A stretch of 64,000 bases of DNA from the human T2T-CHM13v2.0 reference genome, Homo sapiens: the NCBI RefSeq assembly GCF_009914755.1, contig NC_060933.1; one strand, written 5' to 3'. Positions 40,558-52,549 of this stretch are shown here, in pieces. Positions within the stretch are counted from its first letter, which is position 1. Every line of letters begins with the position of its first letter. The notes beneath the pieces were generated by a model. The model was not told the origin of the DNA and ran no database searches. It was given only the letters and a program-made list of their open reading frames with translations. A program made the position numbers and the translations under genes.

Positions 40558-40889
40558 AATGTTCACCAATATGAAAACATTGAAACATTTAAAATGTTTA
40601 GAATGGATGCTAAGCATACCATTCTAGTCAAATGATCTATTTAAGTTGGCTGTTTGATTTATTTGTGAGATAATATCACATTTTAAAAGTTTCAGCACAT
40701 ACTGTTTTTTAAACTATTAATATTGTGTTCCTTCATATTTATGGAGCTATACTAGTCCTGAAGCTTTAATGCCACTCTACTCCTCCAAATACTGTATGTG
40801 TGCAGACATGAAAATAATTAGAGTATATTCAAATTAACTTTGTTTGGGGAACAGTGTGGCACCCTATGCCCATAGTTTAGTGCACATCA

Positions 40890-41450
40890 TGTCGGTTTTT
40901 CTGTCCTGTACCCTTTCTGCCTCTAGGAACAGCATTTTCCTCTCTTAGGAACTGCCTCTTCCCCAGATCCAACCATATGGTTACTCAGGATCCACCCTGG
41001 TCTTCCGTGATGCTGTCATACTCTGACCTCAAGTAATTTCTCTAGAAGCAGGCACATAGCCAGAGTTCAGCCAATAGGAATGCTTCCCCTGGGATTTTTG
41101 TGAAAGGAAGAGAGGAAGAGTCAGTTCTTCTCTAGAGATGGAAACTATTCGTAAAATCAGGTTCCCTTGGCAGCCAGTTTTCCTCTCACTTGAAGGAAGC
41201 CTGTTTTTGGTGGCAGAAACTAAAGTGGACAGAAATGTGGGTCAGAGGTTAGCCTTGCCACAGTCAAGTCCTTGGCTCCAGCTGTTTCAGAAGCCAGGTG
41301 CATTTCTGCCTTTATCAAGTTGTGGTTGTTCAGATTTCCTTCAATTATATAAGACATACTCAGTATTGTACTGCAGGCTTACACATTTGCCTAAGCTAGT
41401 TTGATTGTGGTCTCTATCAGTTACAATGGAAAGCATCATGACTAAAGCAA
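40890..41450 (+). mobile_element. MLT1 (K-like) LTR
   Basis: ttgcctaagctagtttgattgtggtctctatcagttacaa 3' motif. Confidence 0.6.
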
Positions 41451-41574
41451 ATGGCTATAACTTCAATTTAAATTTGTTCAACACTTTCTGGGTAGTTTTG
41501 AGCCAAACCCTCCAAAGGAAGCAATGCAATATGAAGCCTTGTCCCTATCCTCTGTGAGTTTATGCTAAAGTAGG

Positions 41575-41835
41575 AGAGAGAATAATAATGATAATAACAA
41601 CATGATAACAACCACCATGATATTTTGCACACTATGGGCATCTGCTAAGTCTTTTAAATGCATGATTTTATTTAATGCTTATAATAACTCTATCGTGTAA
41701 CATCATCTCTTACTTTTGAAAATGCTATAATTAAGGCTCTGTAAGCTTGAGTCATACAGCAAGTTAAGGGTAAAGGCATAACTTGAACTCAGGATGGTTG
41801 GGTTTCTAGGTCCTTGCTCTTGTTCACTATACCTT
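41575..41835 (-). mobile_element. MIR
   Basis: gcatgattttatttaatgcttataataactctat...cttgaactcagg. Confidence 0.6.
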
Positions 41836-42699
41836 ACCTCTTATATCTAAAGAAAAATATGTTTGACTTAAAAATTAATTCACAGAAGGCAGAGATGACA
41901 TTCATTTGTAGGATCTAGAGTTGTTTAATGGAGGATATGGACTTTGAGGGTAGCTATAGGATGTGATGGGGGCAGAAAACACAATCCACAGACCCCCTCC
42001 GTGCTTTGAGTGTACTCACAACTGAGACTGGTCCAGGATAAAAACAGGGGATAGCATCAATTCAAATACCTCTTAGGTTGCATCTTATACTTTTCATATT
42101 AGCTCATTTTTCCCCATTCAAGCTTGCCTTCCTAATGATTCTGCTAAGTGTAAGGAATTAACCTGCAATTCTAAAGAGTCACAGCTGGAAGGATTTCATT
42201 TTGGAGGCAGTGAGGCCAAGAAAATTTAGCAGTGTTGATTGAGCAGACCCATAAGTTATTGAGCTTGGAGGGAACATGTGCTTCCTGGACCGATGAGGTT
42301 TACATGACTGATAATGGCTTTATTGTGTTGCTATTGGGCAACTTGTGTGTTGAAAGCTTTGCTTTCTCTTTCCAGGCTCTTTGAAAGCAGGGGCTGATGC
42401 ATCCTTCTGTCTCAGCACAGTGCCCCATCCACCTGACAGACACAAACAGCAATTTTTATGCACAGCAAGTCTGATCCCTGGAAATAACCTTAGAAGTTGT
42501 AAAACCAGGGATAATAATGATTTTTGTATACCCTGCTTCTCCCTTTCTAGGGTAGAGCAGACATGGCCATAGGTAACCCCAGCTCCCTTTATGAATATTT
42601 TGGATAAAAGCAACCTGCTGAGAAATCTCAGTAACCCTCCTTCACGGTTTTGTAGCAGTACTCCTAGGCCAGTGAGTTTCAACTGCTTTATAAGGAATG

Positions 42700-42905
42700 A
42701 ATATTTATTATTTACAATGTATCAGACACTGAGTTAGAGACCTTATAGACCACCCGCTTAACTCTTAACACTTCACAGTAACACTGCAAAACTTGAGATT
42801 CAGAGAGGTTAAGAATCTTGCTCAAGGTCACACAGCCAGCAGATGGCAGAGTTAAAATTGGAATCTGCTTATATATGGCATAAAGCCAATGATGCCTTCA
42901 CTTTA
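42700..42905 (-). mobile_element. MIR
   Basis: tgagattcagagaggttaagaatcttgctcaaggtcacacagc. Confidence 0.75.
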
Positions 42906-44129
42906 AGCTGTTGGTAGGCATGATTACCATTGTTTGGCTGGGAATAGTGAAACCTGGAAGTTAAATAATTTGAAAGGTCACCTTGCAACCCAGGAGTAGA
43001 TATTATCTATATCCAGTCACAGCAGTGTGCTTTTGTCAGAGCAGACTTCTAAACAGTGTTACACGTCAGGTACTGGTCAGAAATAGAACATGCAGAAGTG
43101 AGAAAACACATTATTTGGAGAAAAAAACAAAGTCAAACTTCTAGAAAAATGCCTGAGAGTTTCCATTAAAAGCAACTTGAGGAATTATTGTTATTTACAG
43201 CTGGTTATCACCAAGATCCTTCCAAATTGGCCATTTATTTTTGAAGGTGTTAATGTCAGGCTCAAAATATGTCAACACTGGGAAACTTCAGAATAATCAG
43301 TTGGACAGATGATCTGTAGGCTTGTTGCACAGATACTCTTTGTGAAACAGACAGCTTCCTACTAGGACCTGGCAGGGAAGCAGCCTCTATTGCCATATTT
43401 TTCTGAAAACAGCCTGGGTAGTTTGAGGGGCAAGAATCATATACTGTATGTATCACCTAGAGATGATGATCTGTCCATTATGGCTTGTGGTTTTCTTTTA
43501 CACTATTTGATGACCGTACTTAAAAGAACTGCATTTTTGCATGCATTGGATAAAGTGTCCAAGGCAAGCAATTAATGATACATCCATTTTAAATCTAATG
43601 TTAGAAGGAGAGGTATTCTAAAGTAACAAAGAAATAAAAAGCTCCCACTAAGAAATAACTAGGGTATATCACCTTGGGACTAAAATGCCGTTGAAGATTC
43701 ACATAGGCTAAATTGTAAACATCTGGATATCATACGGCTAGCCTTGTACTTTCTTAAAAGTTTCTAACTTTAGTAATGTGGACAAATAATCTATGTGGCT
43801 TAAGATTTTCTCTATGTCAAGAAAAGTTTCTGTCTTAGGCTTAATAACCATGAAATAAATGTCAAATCGTATCAGATAATGCTGTGTGTCTCCTGGGTTA
43901 AAGCAATGCTTATAATATTCAGAGCAACATCGATGATCCTTTTCTAAATTGGCTGCCATAGAAGTTTTGTGGGGAACTTCAGTGAGCCTGGGGCTCTTCC
44001 TACACCCTTTGGGTCTAATAACTAGGTCCTGGTAAAGCTGTGTGGACTTAAAAAAACATAGGATCCTAGACTGCTCCTTGGGGAAAATATGTAACAACAG
44101 TATGTAGCATTACTTGGGCTTCTTTTCTC

Positions 44130-44520
44130 TATCAGTCAGAATTGGATAAACAATGCTGCAGTAACAATCATCTAAATTTATGTGGCTTTCTACAATAAAA
44201 AACTGTTTCTTGCTTATGTCATCATCTGTGTCAGGCTGGATGGCTTCTCTAGGCAGCTTTCTTCAGGCAGTGACTCAGGTATCTGGGTTTCTTCCACTGT
44301 ATGTCTCTATCACTGGGCATGTTCCAATGCCTGTTTCATGGATGGGACAAAGAAGGTGTTTACAATCACATGGATACTTTAAAGGCCAAGCCCAGAAGTG
44401 GCATATCTTATTTCTACCTATGTTCCAGAGACTAGAATTTAGTCACATCCACAACCTAACTGCAAGAGAGCCCCAAAATTGTAAAATGTAGAACATACGA
44501 GTGGGAGAAGAAATTTTACA
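44130..44520 (-). mobile_element. MLT1 (I/J-like) LTR
   Basis: atgctgcagtaacaa...gcagtgactcagg...gcccagaagtggcatatc...cacaacctaactgcaagagag. Confidence 0.7.
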
Positions 44521-45010
44521 TTTCAGCTACTTTGTTTTCTGGGGCTTGGGATAGAAGAATGGGGATAGAAGTAGACAGGAGGGAGCTTTTGGTTAGATTG
44601 GTGACAGGTCATTGTAGGAAGAAAGGACATGTTAAACCCAGTAATACTGTAGAAATCAACACCCAAGTACCAAATCTTTAAAACACCACTTTGGATGCTG
44701 AAGCCTTAGCAATGCTAAGATTGGCAAGCTAGATTCTAAAAAACAAGAAACAAACAAACAAAAAATCTTTCCATCTTGTCTGGTCAAATGGGTCAAGGTA
44801 AGGAATATTGTGATAGTGTAACGATTACCATTAAGTTTGTTTTGGGGGCTTTTGGTCATAGTATATCGTTATACATAAATATAATCTAATCAGTTAGAAA
44901 ATCTAAGAAAACAAAACTTGGGTAGAGCAAGATTTGGTATTATAGGCAATAGTATTAACAATTGTTGTATACACCTGTTGTTTGCTATCCAGAATCCATT
45001 TCCCTTTCTT

Positions 45011-46024
45011 TTTTTACTGTGGTAAAACACATACACACACATAACATGAGATCTACCCTCTTAACAAATTTTGAAGTGTACAGTACAGCACTGTTAACTA
45101 TATGTACAGTGTGTCCAGCAGATCTCCAGAACGTTTTCATCTGTAATGACTAAAACATTATACCCATTGAACAGCAACTGCCCATTTCCCCCTCCCTCTA
45201 GCCCCTGGCAACTACCATCCTACTTTCTGTTTCTATGAGTTTTGACTCTTTTAAATTTCTCATGTAGGTGGAATCAAGCAGTATTTGTCCTTCTGTGACT
45301 GAATTATTTCACTTAGCGTAATGTCCTGCGGCTCATCTACGTTGAAGTATATGACAAGATTTTCTTTTTTTAAGGCTTAATAATATTCCATTATATGTAT
45401 ATACAGCATTTTCTTAATCTATTCATCTGTCAATAGACATTTAGGTTGTTTCCAGCTCTTGAATACTGTGACTAATGCTGAAATGAACATGGAGTGTAAA
45501 TATCTCTTCCACATTTTGTTTTCAATCCTTTCAGATAAATGTTCAGAAGTGAGGTTGCTGGATCATGTGGTAGTCCTACATCAAACTAAAAAGCTTCTTT
45601 CTGTGCAGCAAAGAAAACAATCAACAGGATGAAAAGGTAACCTCTGAAAAATATTTGCAATATACCCTATACATGATAAGGCACTAATACCCGAAAATAT
45701 AAACTACTACAACTCAATAGCAAAATAACCAAATAACCCAATTAAAAAATGGGCAAAGAATTTGAGTAGACATGTCTCCACAAAAGACACACAAATGGCT
45801 AATAGGTATATGAAAAGATGTTCAATATTACTAGTCATCAAAACCACAGTGAGGTATCTTACCTCATATCTATTGGGATGGTCATTATAGACAAACCAAC
45901 CAACAAACAAATCTAGAAAATAATGTGTTGGCAAGGATATGGAGAGATAGGAACCCTTGTGCATTGTTGGTGCGATTCTAAAATGGTATACTGTCTATGG
46001 AAAACAGTATGGAAATTCTTAAAA
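45011..46024 (-). mobile_element. L1MA-age element with 5' inversion (antisense 45011-45578, sense 45576-46024)
   Basis: Orientation switch at tagtcCTAcatcaaactaaa; TSD catttccctttctt (44997-45010) / cattcccccttctt (46025-46038). Confidence 0.9.
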
Positions 46025-46254
46025 CATTCCCCCTTCTTATAATGATAGTACTTTGAATATCATTTTGAGAAATGTTTCTCTTCCTTTATTATCAATTCTG
46101 TCTGTACTACATTTATTCCACCTTCAACTCTAGGAGTGGGCCATAGTTAGCTTAAGCCAATTGTGTACCTCATCATTTTTGCTAGAATGATTGGTTTAGA
46201 AAAGGCATAACACCTAATTGGATCAATAATAAACTCTTGGAAAGACTCATTCTT

Positions 46255-46558
46255 TTCTTTTCTTTTTTTTTTTTTTGAGATGGAGTCTTGCTCTGTTGCC
46301 AGGCTGCAGTGCAGTGGCGCCATGTTGGTTCACTGCAATCTCTGCCTCCTAGGTTTAAGTGATTTCCCCTGCCTCAGTCTCCTGAGTAGCTGGGATTACA
46401 TGTGCACACCATCAAGCCCGGATAATTTTTTGTATTTTTTAGTAAAGACGGAGTTTCACCACATTGACCACAATGGTCTTGATCTCCTGACCTCATAATC
46501 CACCCGCCTCGGCCTCCCAAAGTGCTGGAATTACAGGTGTGAGCCACCATGCCTGGCC
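46255..46558 (-). mobile_element. AluSc, full length
   Basis: ctgttgccaggctg single-base deletion; perfect 16-bp TSD ggaaagactcattctt (46239-46254, 46559-46574). Confidence 0.96.
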
Positions 46559-46639
46559 GGAAAGACTCATTCTTAAAGTCTTTCCCCCTCATTCCTTGAA
46601 GATGTGAACATTTAGGCAGTTGGTTCACTATTCCTCTTT

Positions 46640-48410
46640 CTGACCTTACACCTAATTAAGTATTGGCAAATTCAGTAACTACATGGAGGATCCACCTAAT
46701 TTCCTAGACTCTCAATTCCTTTATCTTCTATTCTCCTCCACTCTAAGTGAGATGCCCAGACTTTGTCATTGCCAGTCAGTATATCCTGTTCATAATCTCT
46801 TTTAACTATCCCAGTCTATGATAACTCTTGTTATCCTTCCAGCTTAATCCATCCTGTAAACTCATTTCCAAAATTCACTGATCAAAACTGAATCTAAAAT
46901 TGAACATACTACCTCATTATTTTCCCTTACCACCCTTGTGCACATGTCATAACTCTCCTCCTTATTCATCTTAAATGTCATGATATAACATTAAAATTAC
47001 TTCTCTCATACATTCTCAATTCCCTTTCTCCTTTCTCGCTCCTTTGAACTTGCCCAGCAAAAACCGTTACATGGATTAAACCCAACTTTATCTACTTCAT
47101 GGCTTCACTAAGATAGATGAACAGAGCTGGACAAAAACACAAATTGTTCATTAATATCATTTTAAATCCATGACCATAACCTCACATTGGCCCTCAGGTA
47201 TTGGGTCAGTTCACTGTGTTTGTTTCCCTATTAAGTCTTCCGTTTTCCTTGATGACTATTTCAAAGTTCCTCGTTTCTCGAATCACCCAAACCTTTTGCC
47301 CTTGTCTCTCTCCAGTCCCCCATCACATCTACCACCTCACCTATATCTCTGTTCATGTAGTCGGCTTTCCTTCTCATTGCTATGGATCAACTACCTGTGG
47401 AAGGCCAGGTCCTCCACTGGATCATAGCTCTTCCTACCTACTCAAGAGCATTGTCCCAGCAATTTTTTCTTTTCTCTCTTTGTTGTCAAATTTCTCCTCT
47501 CTCCTGAATCATTCACATGAGCATAGAAACATGCTATCAGTATGTCTAAAAAGCCAATAAACTTTCCTTGACCCATATTTCTTTCCAGGGACTGCCCCAG
47601 TTCTCTACTTCCCTTTTAACTAAAGATCTGTCTCTGTTTGCAATATCCACTTGCCCTCCTTTCCATACTAGATAATCTCACGTTGCCAAATCCAATGGTC
47701 AATTTGCAATCATCTTATTCGACCCAATTTATCATTCCTTATTCCTTGAAGGACTTCATTTTTCTCCTAGAAAAGCCCTCACCCAGAGTTCTTCTCATAC
47801 TTCACTGTATGTCCTTTCTGAACCTCTTTGCTGGCTCATCCTCACTACCTTACCCCTACCAGAGTGTCCCTGAGTTCAGCCCCTAGGCTGCTTCTCTCTT
47901 CCACCTACACCATCTTCTTGGGTGACCTCATCCAGTTTTGTGGCTTTAAACAACATTTATTTGCTGAGGATTCTCAAATTTATTTCAGGTCCAGAATTTT
48001 TTTTCTGATTTTACGTGTGATATCCTTATTTGAATATCTATAAGCTTCTCAAACATTTTCAAATTGAACCACTGGATTACATATCCACCAGCCCCTCCAC
48101 CATAAATTTGCTTTTTCTGTACTCTCCTATCTCTGAAAATGGAAACTCCATTATTCCAATTGCTCAGGCCAAAATCCTTGGTGTCATTCCTGATTTTTCT
48201 TTTTCTTTTACATCCTATGTTCAATCCATTACCAAATCCTGTCATTTCTACCACCAAAATATAAGTACTTATCATTTCAACCTCGACTATGCTGAGCTAA
48301 ACCATCACATCTGTCACATGGAAATTCTCTTACCTGGTTTCCTTACTTCTACTTTTTACCACCCTATGATCTATTCCCCACATAGAAACTAGAATGATCT
48401 TTTTAATACC
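46640..48410 (+). mobile_element. L2, long fragment ending abruptly at a fold-back junction
   Basis: ttgccaaatccaatggtcaa, ggtgacctcatccagttttgtggctttaaa, tgctcaggccaaaatccttggtgtcattcctga. Confidence 0.85.
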
Positions 48411-48665
48411 AAAGGGGTGACTATGGTATTAAAAGGATCATGGGTATTAAAAGGATCATTCTAGTTTCTGTGTGGGGAATAGATTATAGGGTGGTAAAAG
48501 CAGAAGCAAGGAAACCAGTTAAGAGAATTTCCATGTGGCATATGTGATGGTTTAGCTTAGCATGGTTGAGGTTGATATGATAAGCACATATATATTGGTG
48601 GTAGAAATGATGGAATTTGGTCATGGATTGAACATGGGATGTAAAAGAAAAAGAAAAAATCAGGA
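48188..48665. repeat. Long inverted repeat (arms 48188-48410 and 48443-48665, ~90% identical)
   Basis: Manual reverse-complement alignment, ~22 differences over ~223 bp; 17-mer ggtattaaaaggatcat duplicated at the junction. Confidence 0.97.
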
Positions 48666-48988
48666 GTTTGGGTCCAGTTGGGTATAAAATCTTATCGAAG
48701 GACATAAACAAGATGTAGTCATTTAGAAAGAAAATCTATGCTTTTGCATGAGGTGATTTCATAACTCAAAAATTTCCATAAAATAAACAAATTAGACAAA
48801 ATTTAATTGGAATACCTTTATATTTGTAGTTTGTTGGAATTAGATAATAAGACCTTGAAAATCATTTGAGAGATTAAGTATGTCAGAAGAGCCAAGAAAA
48901 GTATAAAAAATAATGGTGAGGTAATATTGCCTTATTAAATGTTCAAATACTTGATTAAGTATCAATTATTCAAACATACTGTATATCA

Positions 48989-49156
48989 TGTATATTATTC
49001 CATTTTATGCTGCTGATAAAGACATACCTGAGTCTGGTTAATTTATAAAGAAAAAGAGGTTTAATTGACTCACAGTTCCCTGTGAGTGGGGAGGCCTCGC
49101 AATCACGGTAGATCAAGGGACGTATTACATGGCCGCAGGCAAGAGAAAGAGTGAGA
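48989..49156 (-). mobile_element. THE1 LTR, partial
   Basis: gctgctgataaagacatacctgagtctggttaatttataaagaaaaagaggtttaattgactcacagttc. Confidence 0.9.
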
Positions 49157-50813
49157 TTTCTTTTACATTTGAAAGAATAAATTTCTTTTATATTTGCTTA
49201 GATTTGAGATCCCAAATTATCAACATTTTATTTAATGATTTTGTGGAGAGAGAAATAAATGAGACTATATGTAGAGAATAACGATCTTCTTGGTAGGAAA
49301 CTGGGCAGTGTGTCTGAGGGGGAAGTTAATTAAATAGTAGCATTTCAGGAAATTTTTGCTTTTGTTCTATTTGAGATTTTTAAAATCAGTGTATTAACAT
49401 AATCTGTAAAAAAGAAGAAAGAAAAGTTATTGTAATTGTAGGGGAAAATAAAAAGGGATATAGATAGAGACTAATTTGCTCTTGAAGAAGCAAGTGAATC
49501 ATTTTTTGCATTGAGATCAATATATCCCCTTAAACAAGGCTGTTGGTCCTAACTATAAACCAGTCTCAAAAGTAGTTAAAACATGAAATAGGAGCTAACA
49601 TTTAAAAAATTGGTTGTTTTACATAAGAGTCACATGGACTATTTGTGAATGACATCCTGAGTTGTGCAATGCATGGTCCGCACATCCATTTACAGGAGCT
49701 CTGGCTGCAGGAATACACATTGATCAGAAGCTTCTAGATGATTTTATGGCAAAACACCTCAAATGGAAATCTGTATCTTCACATTAAAAGTAAAAGCAAG
49801 AAAAGAAAAATCTTGAACAACCTTTTATAAATAAATGGAAGGGAACAAACATATCAACATGAAATTAAATTGTAGGCTAATGAATAAACATATGAATCCC
49901 ACCTTTATAGGTTTGCTTGCTAAACAGATGGTCCCAGAGCAGTTGAACAGTTCAGCCATTGGCTAGAAGGAAGGGAAGAGTCAGATGTACACACTTCTAC
50001 AAAGATATTCTCATGAAATGTGATTAATTAATTCCTTGGACTGACCCATTCATTTCACAAACTTCAACTAAAAGACTACTGGTACTAAACAATGTACTGG
50101 GCTTTGAGAGGAGAGGCTAAGGATAAATATGACATGGTCTCATAGCACAGAAAATGTATATAAAGTTATAAATAAGAATATTACAATTATAATAATTATT
50201 GAAACCTAAGTAGGCAACTGATTTTTCTCTTCAAGAGAAGGAATTCTAACATTCTGCTAAAAGTCTATAGGATAAATTGAACATATCTCAACATTATATA
50301 CTTGACTAATAATTAAATCAGTTTTATTTTCAGAGTGGGGCTTTACTAGAGTCCATGAATTTGTCAGGTTGTATTACCTCCCAATAGGTGTTCAATGATT
50401 TAAAGAAATGAATTGACAAGCATCCGGCCATTTCTAAGAGTACCAACTGCCAAGCCTTAACACATCGCAGCAGGAGTTTCAACAGAGGAAAAAGACAGTG
50501 AGAAGGAGATTTGTCTCCACTGAAACCTTCTGTCTTTGTGACTCAGAATGAGTTTAGAAGTAGGAAGTTATCTGCTGTTTTCAGTCACAGGCACAGGAGC
50601 AGGGAAAGCCTTCTGATCCCTGGCTTTCTGGTCAGTCTTCTATAAGAAGCCAAGGTCTTCAGAGCAGGGTCAAGATCCTTCTTCCGTTTTATGCGTTCTT
50701 GTTTATTGAAGCTTATTCAGTCATTTTAAAACATGCACTCTATTTTTATGTTTTTACTTCTGCCTGTTCTTGTTCATTGTTTTTTTTTTTTTTTTTTTTT
50801 TTTTTTTGCCATC

Positions 50814-51259
50814 TGCATAAGTCAGCTTGGGATGTCATAACAAAATGCCACAGGCTGGATGGCTTAAACAACAGAAATTTCTTTTCTCACACTTCTAGAG
50901 ACTGGAAGTCCAAGGGAAAGGTGTGTGTGCAGGGTTTGTTTCTCCTGAGGATGGTTTCTCTCCTTGACTTGCAGATGGCTGCCTTCTCTCTCTGTCCTCA
51001 CACGGCCTTTGCATCTCTGGTTCTCTGGTGTCCCTTGATATAAAGACACCAGTCCTATTGGATTAGGGTTAAATTAGGATGCTTATGACCTTATTTAACC
51101 TTAATGACCTCTTAAAGGCTCTGTCTCCAAATGCAGTCACATTTGGGGAGTATAGCTCAGTTGTAGAGAATTTGGCAGCAAATACAGTCACATTCCTAGG
51201 CTCTGAGGGATAGGGCTTTGACATATAAATTTTAGGAGGACACTTTTCAATCCATTACA
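50814..51259 (-). mobile_element. MLT1A-like solo LTR
   Basis: ggcttaaacaacagaaattt...ggaggacacttttcaatccattaca; perfect 5-bp TSD ccatc. Confidence 0.92.
51146..51180 (+). pseudogene. Tailless retrocopy of the 5' half of tRNA-Cys(GCA)
   Basis: gggagtatagctcagttgtagagaatttggcagca matches recalled tRNA-Cys GGGGGTATAGCTCAGTGGTAGAGCATTTGACTGCA at 30/35; TSD caaat(g/a)cagtcacatt at 51128-51143 and 51179-51194. Confidence 0.85.
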
Positions 51260-51537
51260 CCATCTGTTTCTGTTCCTCTTTCTCGTTCCAGTTCCTGTCC
51301 TTTTAATTGTTGCTTCTGTTGATCTTAAACTCTTTGGAATAGATTCACAAATTTTCTCAGAGACCAAAATATGTATGTCTGTTGTCCCTAGTAGAACACT
51401 TCATATTAATGCTAATGTTAAGAAGGAAAGTTAACAAAAACTGTGGGATAACATATCGGTCCTAGTTAGAAGGTGTTCAAAAGGAGCCTTTTTGTTTTAA
51501 CTCTTCCTTTCACTGGGGGAGAGAAAATTACTTTTTT

Positions 51538-52549
51538 CAAAAATAACTTTTATTTTAGGTTCAGGGGTACATGTGCAGGTTTGTAACATGGTTAAATTGC
51601 GTGTTGTGGGGGTTTGGTGTACAGATTATTTCATCACCCAGGTATAAACGTAATACCTAATAGGTAGTTTTTTTTATCTTCACTCTCCTCTCACCCTCCA
51701 CCTTCAAGTAGGCCCTGGTGTTTGCTGTTCCTTTCTTTGTGTCCATGTGTACTCAATATTTAGCTCCCACTTGTAAGTGAGAACATGTAATATTTGGTTT
51801 TCTGTTCCTGTGTTAGTTTGCTTAGGATAATGGCCTCCAGCTCCATGTATTTTGCTGCAACGAATATAATCTCATTCATTTTTATGGCTGCAGAATATTT
51901 CGTGGTGTATATGTACCATATTTTCATTATTCAGTCTATTGTTGATGGGGAATTTAGGTTGACTCCATGTCTTTGCTATTGTGAATAGTGCTGCAGTGAA
52001 CATACATGTGCATGTGTCTTTATGGTAGAATGATTTATATTCCTTTGGGTATAGCCAGTAATGGGATTCCTGGGTCAAAATGGTAGTTCTGTTTTAAATT
52101 CTTTGAGAAATCACCAAACTACTTTCCACAATGGCTGAACTGATTTACATTCCCCACAGCAGTGTATAAGCTTTCCCCTCTCTTCACAACCTTGCCAGCA
52201 TCTGGTTTTTTTTTTTTGTTGTTGTTGTTGTTTTACTTTTTAATAATAGCCATTCTGACTGGTAAGAGATGGTATCTCATTGTGGTTTTGATTTGCATTT
52301 CTGTAATGATTAGTGATATTGAGCATTTTTTATATGCTTGTTTTGGCCGCATGTCTTTCTTTGAAAAGTTTCTGTTTGTGTCCTTTGCCTGATTTTTAAT
52401 GGGGTTATTTTTTACTTCTTAATTTCCTTAGGTTCCTTACAGATTCTGGATATTAGGCTTTTGTCAGATGCATAGTTTGCAAATATTTTCTCCAATTCTT
52501 TAGGTTGTCTGTTTACTCTGCTGATAGTTTCTTTTGCAGTGCAGAAGCC
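51538..52549 (-). mobile_element. L1PA (older, about PA13-16) 3' 1 kb
   Basis: ggttcaggggtacatgtgcaggtttg...; ORF2 remnant YPKEYKSFYHKDTCTCMFTAALFTIAKTW; perfect TSD agaaaattactttttt (51522-51537, 52550-52565). Confidence 0.96.
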
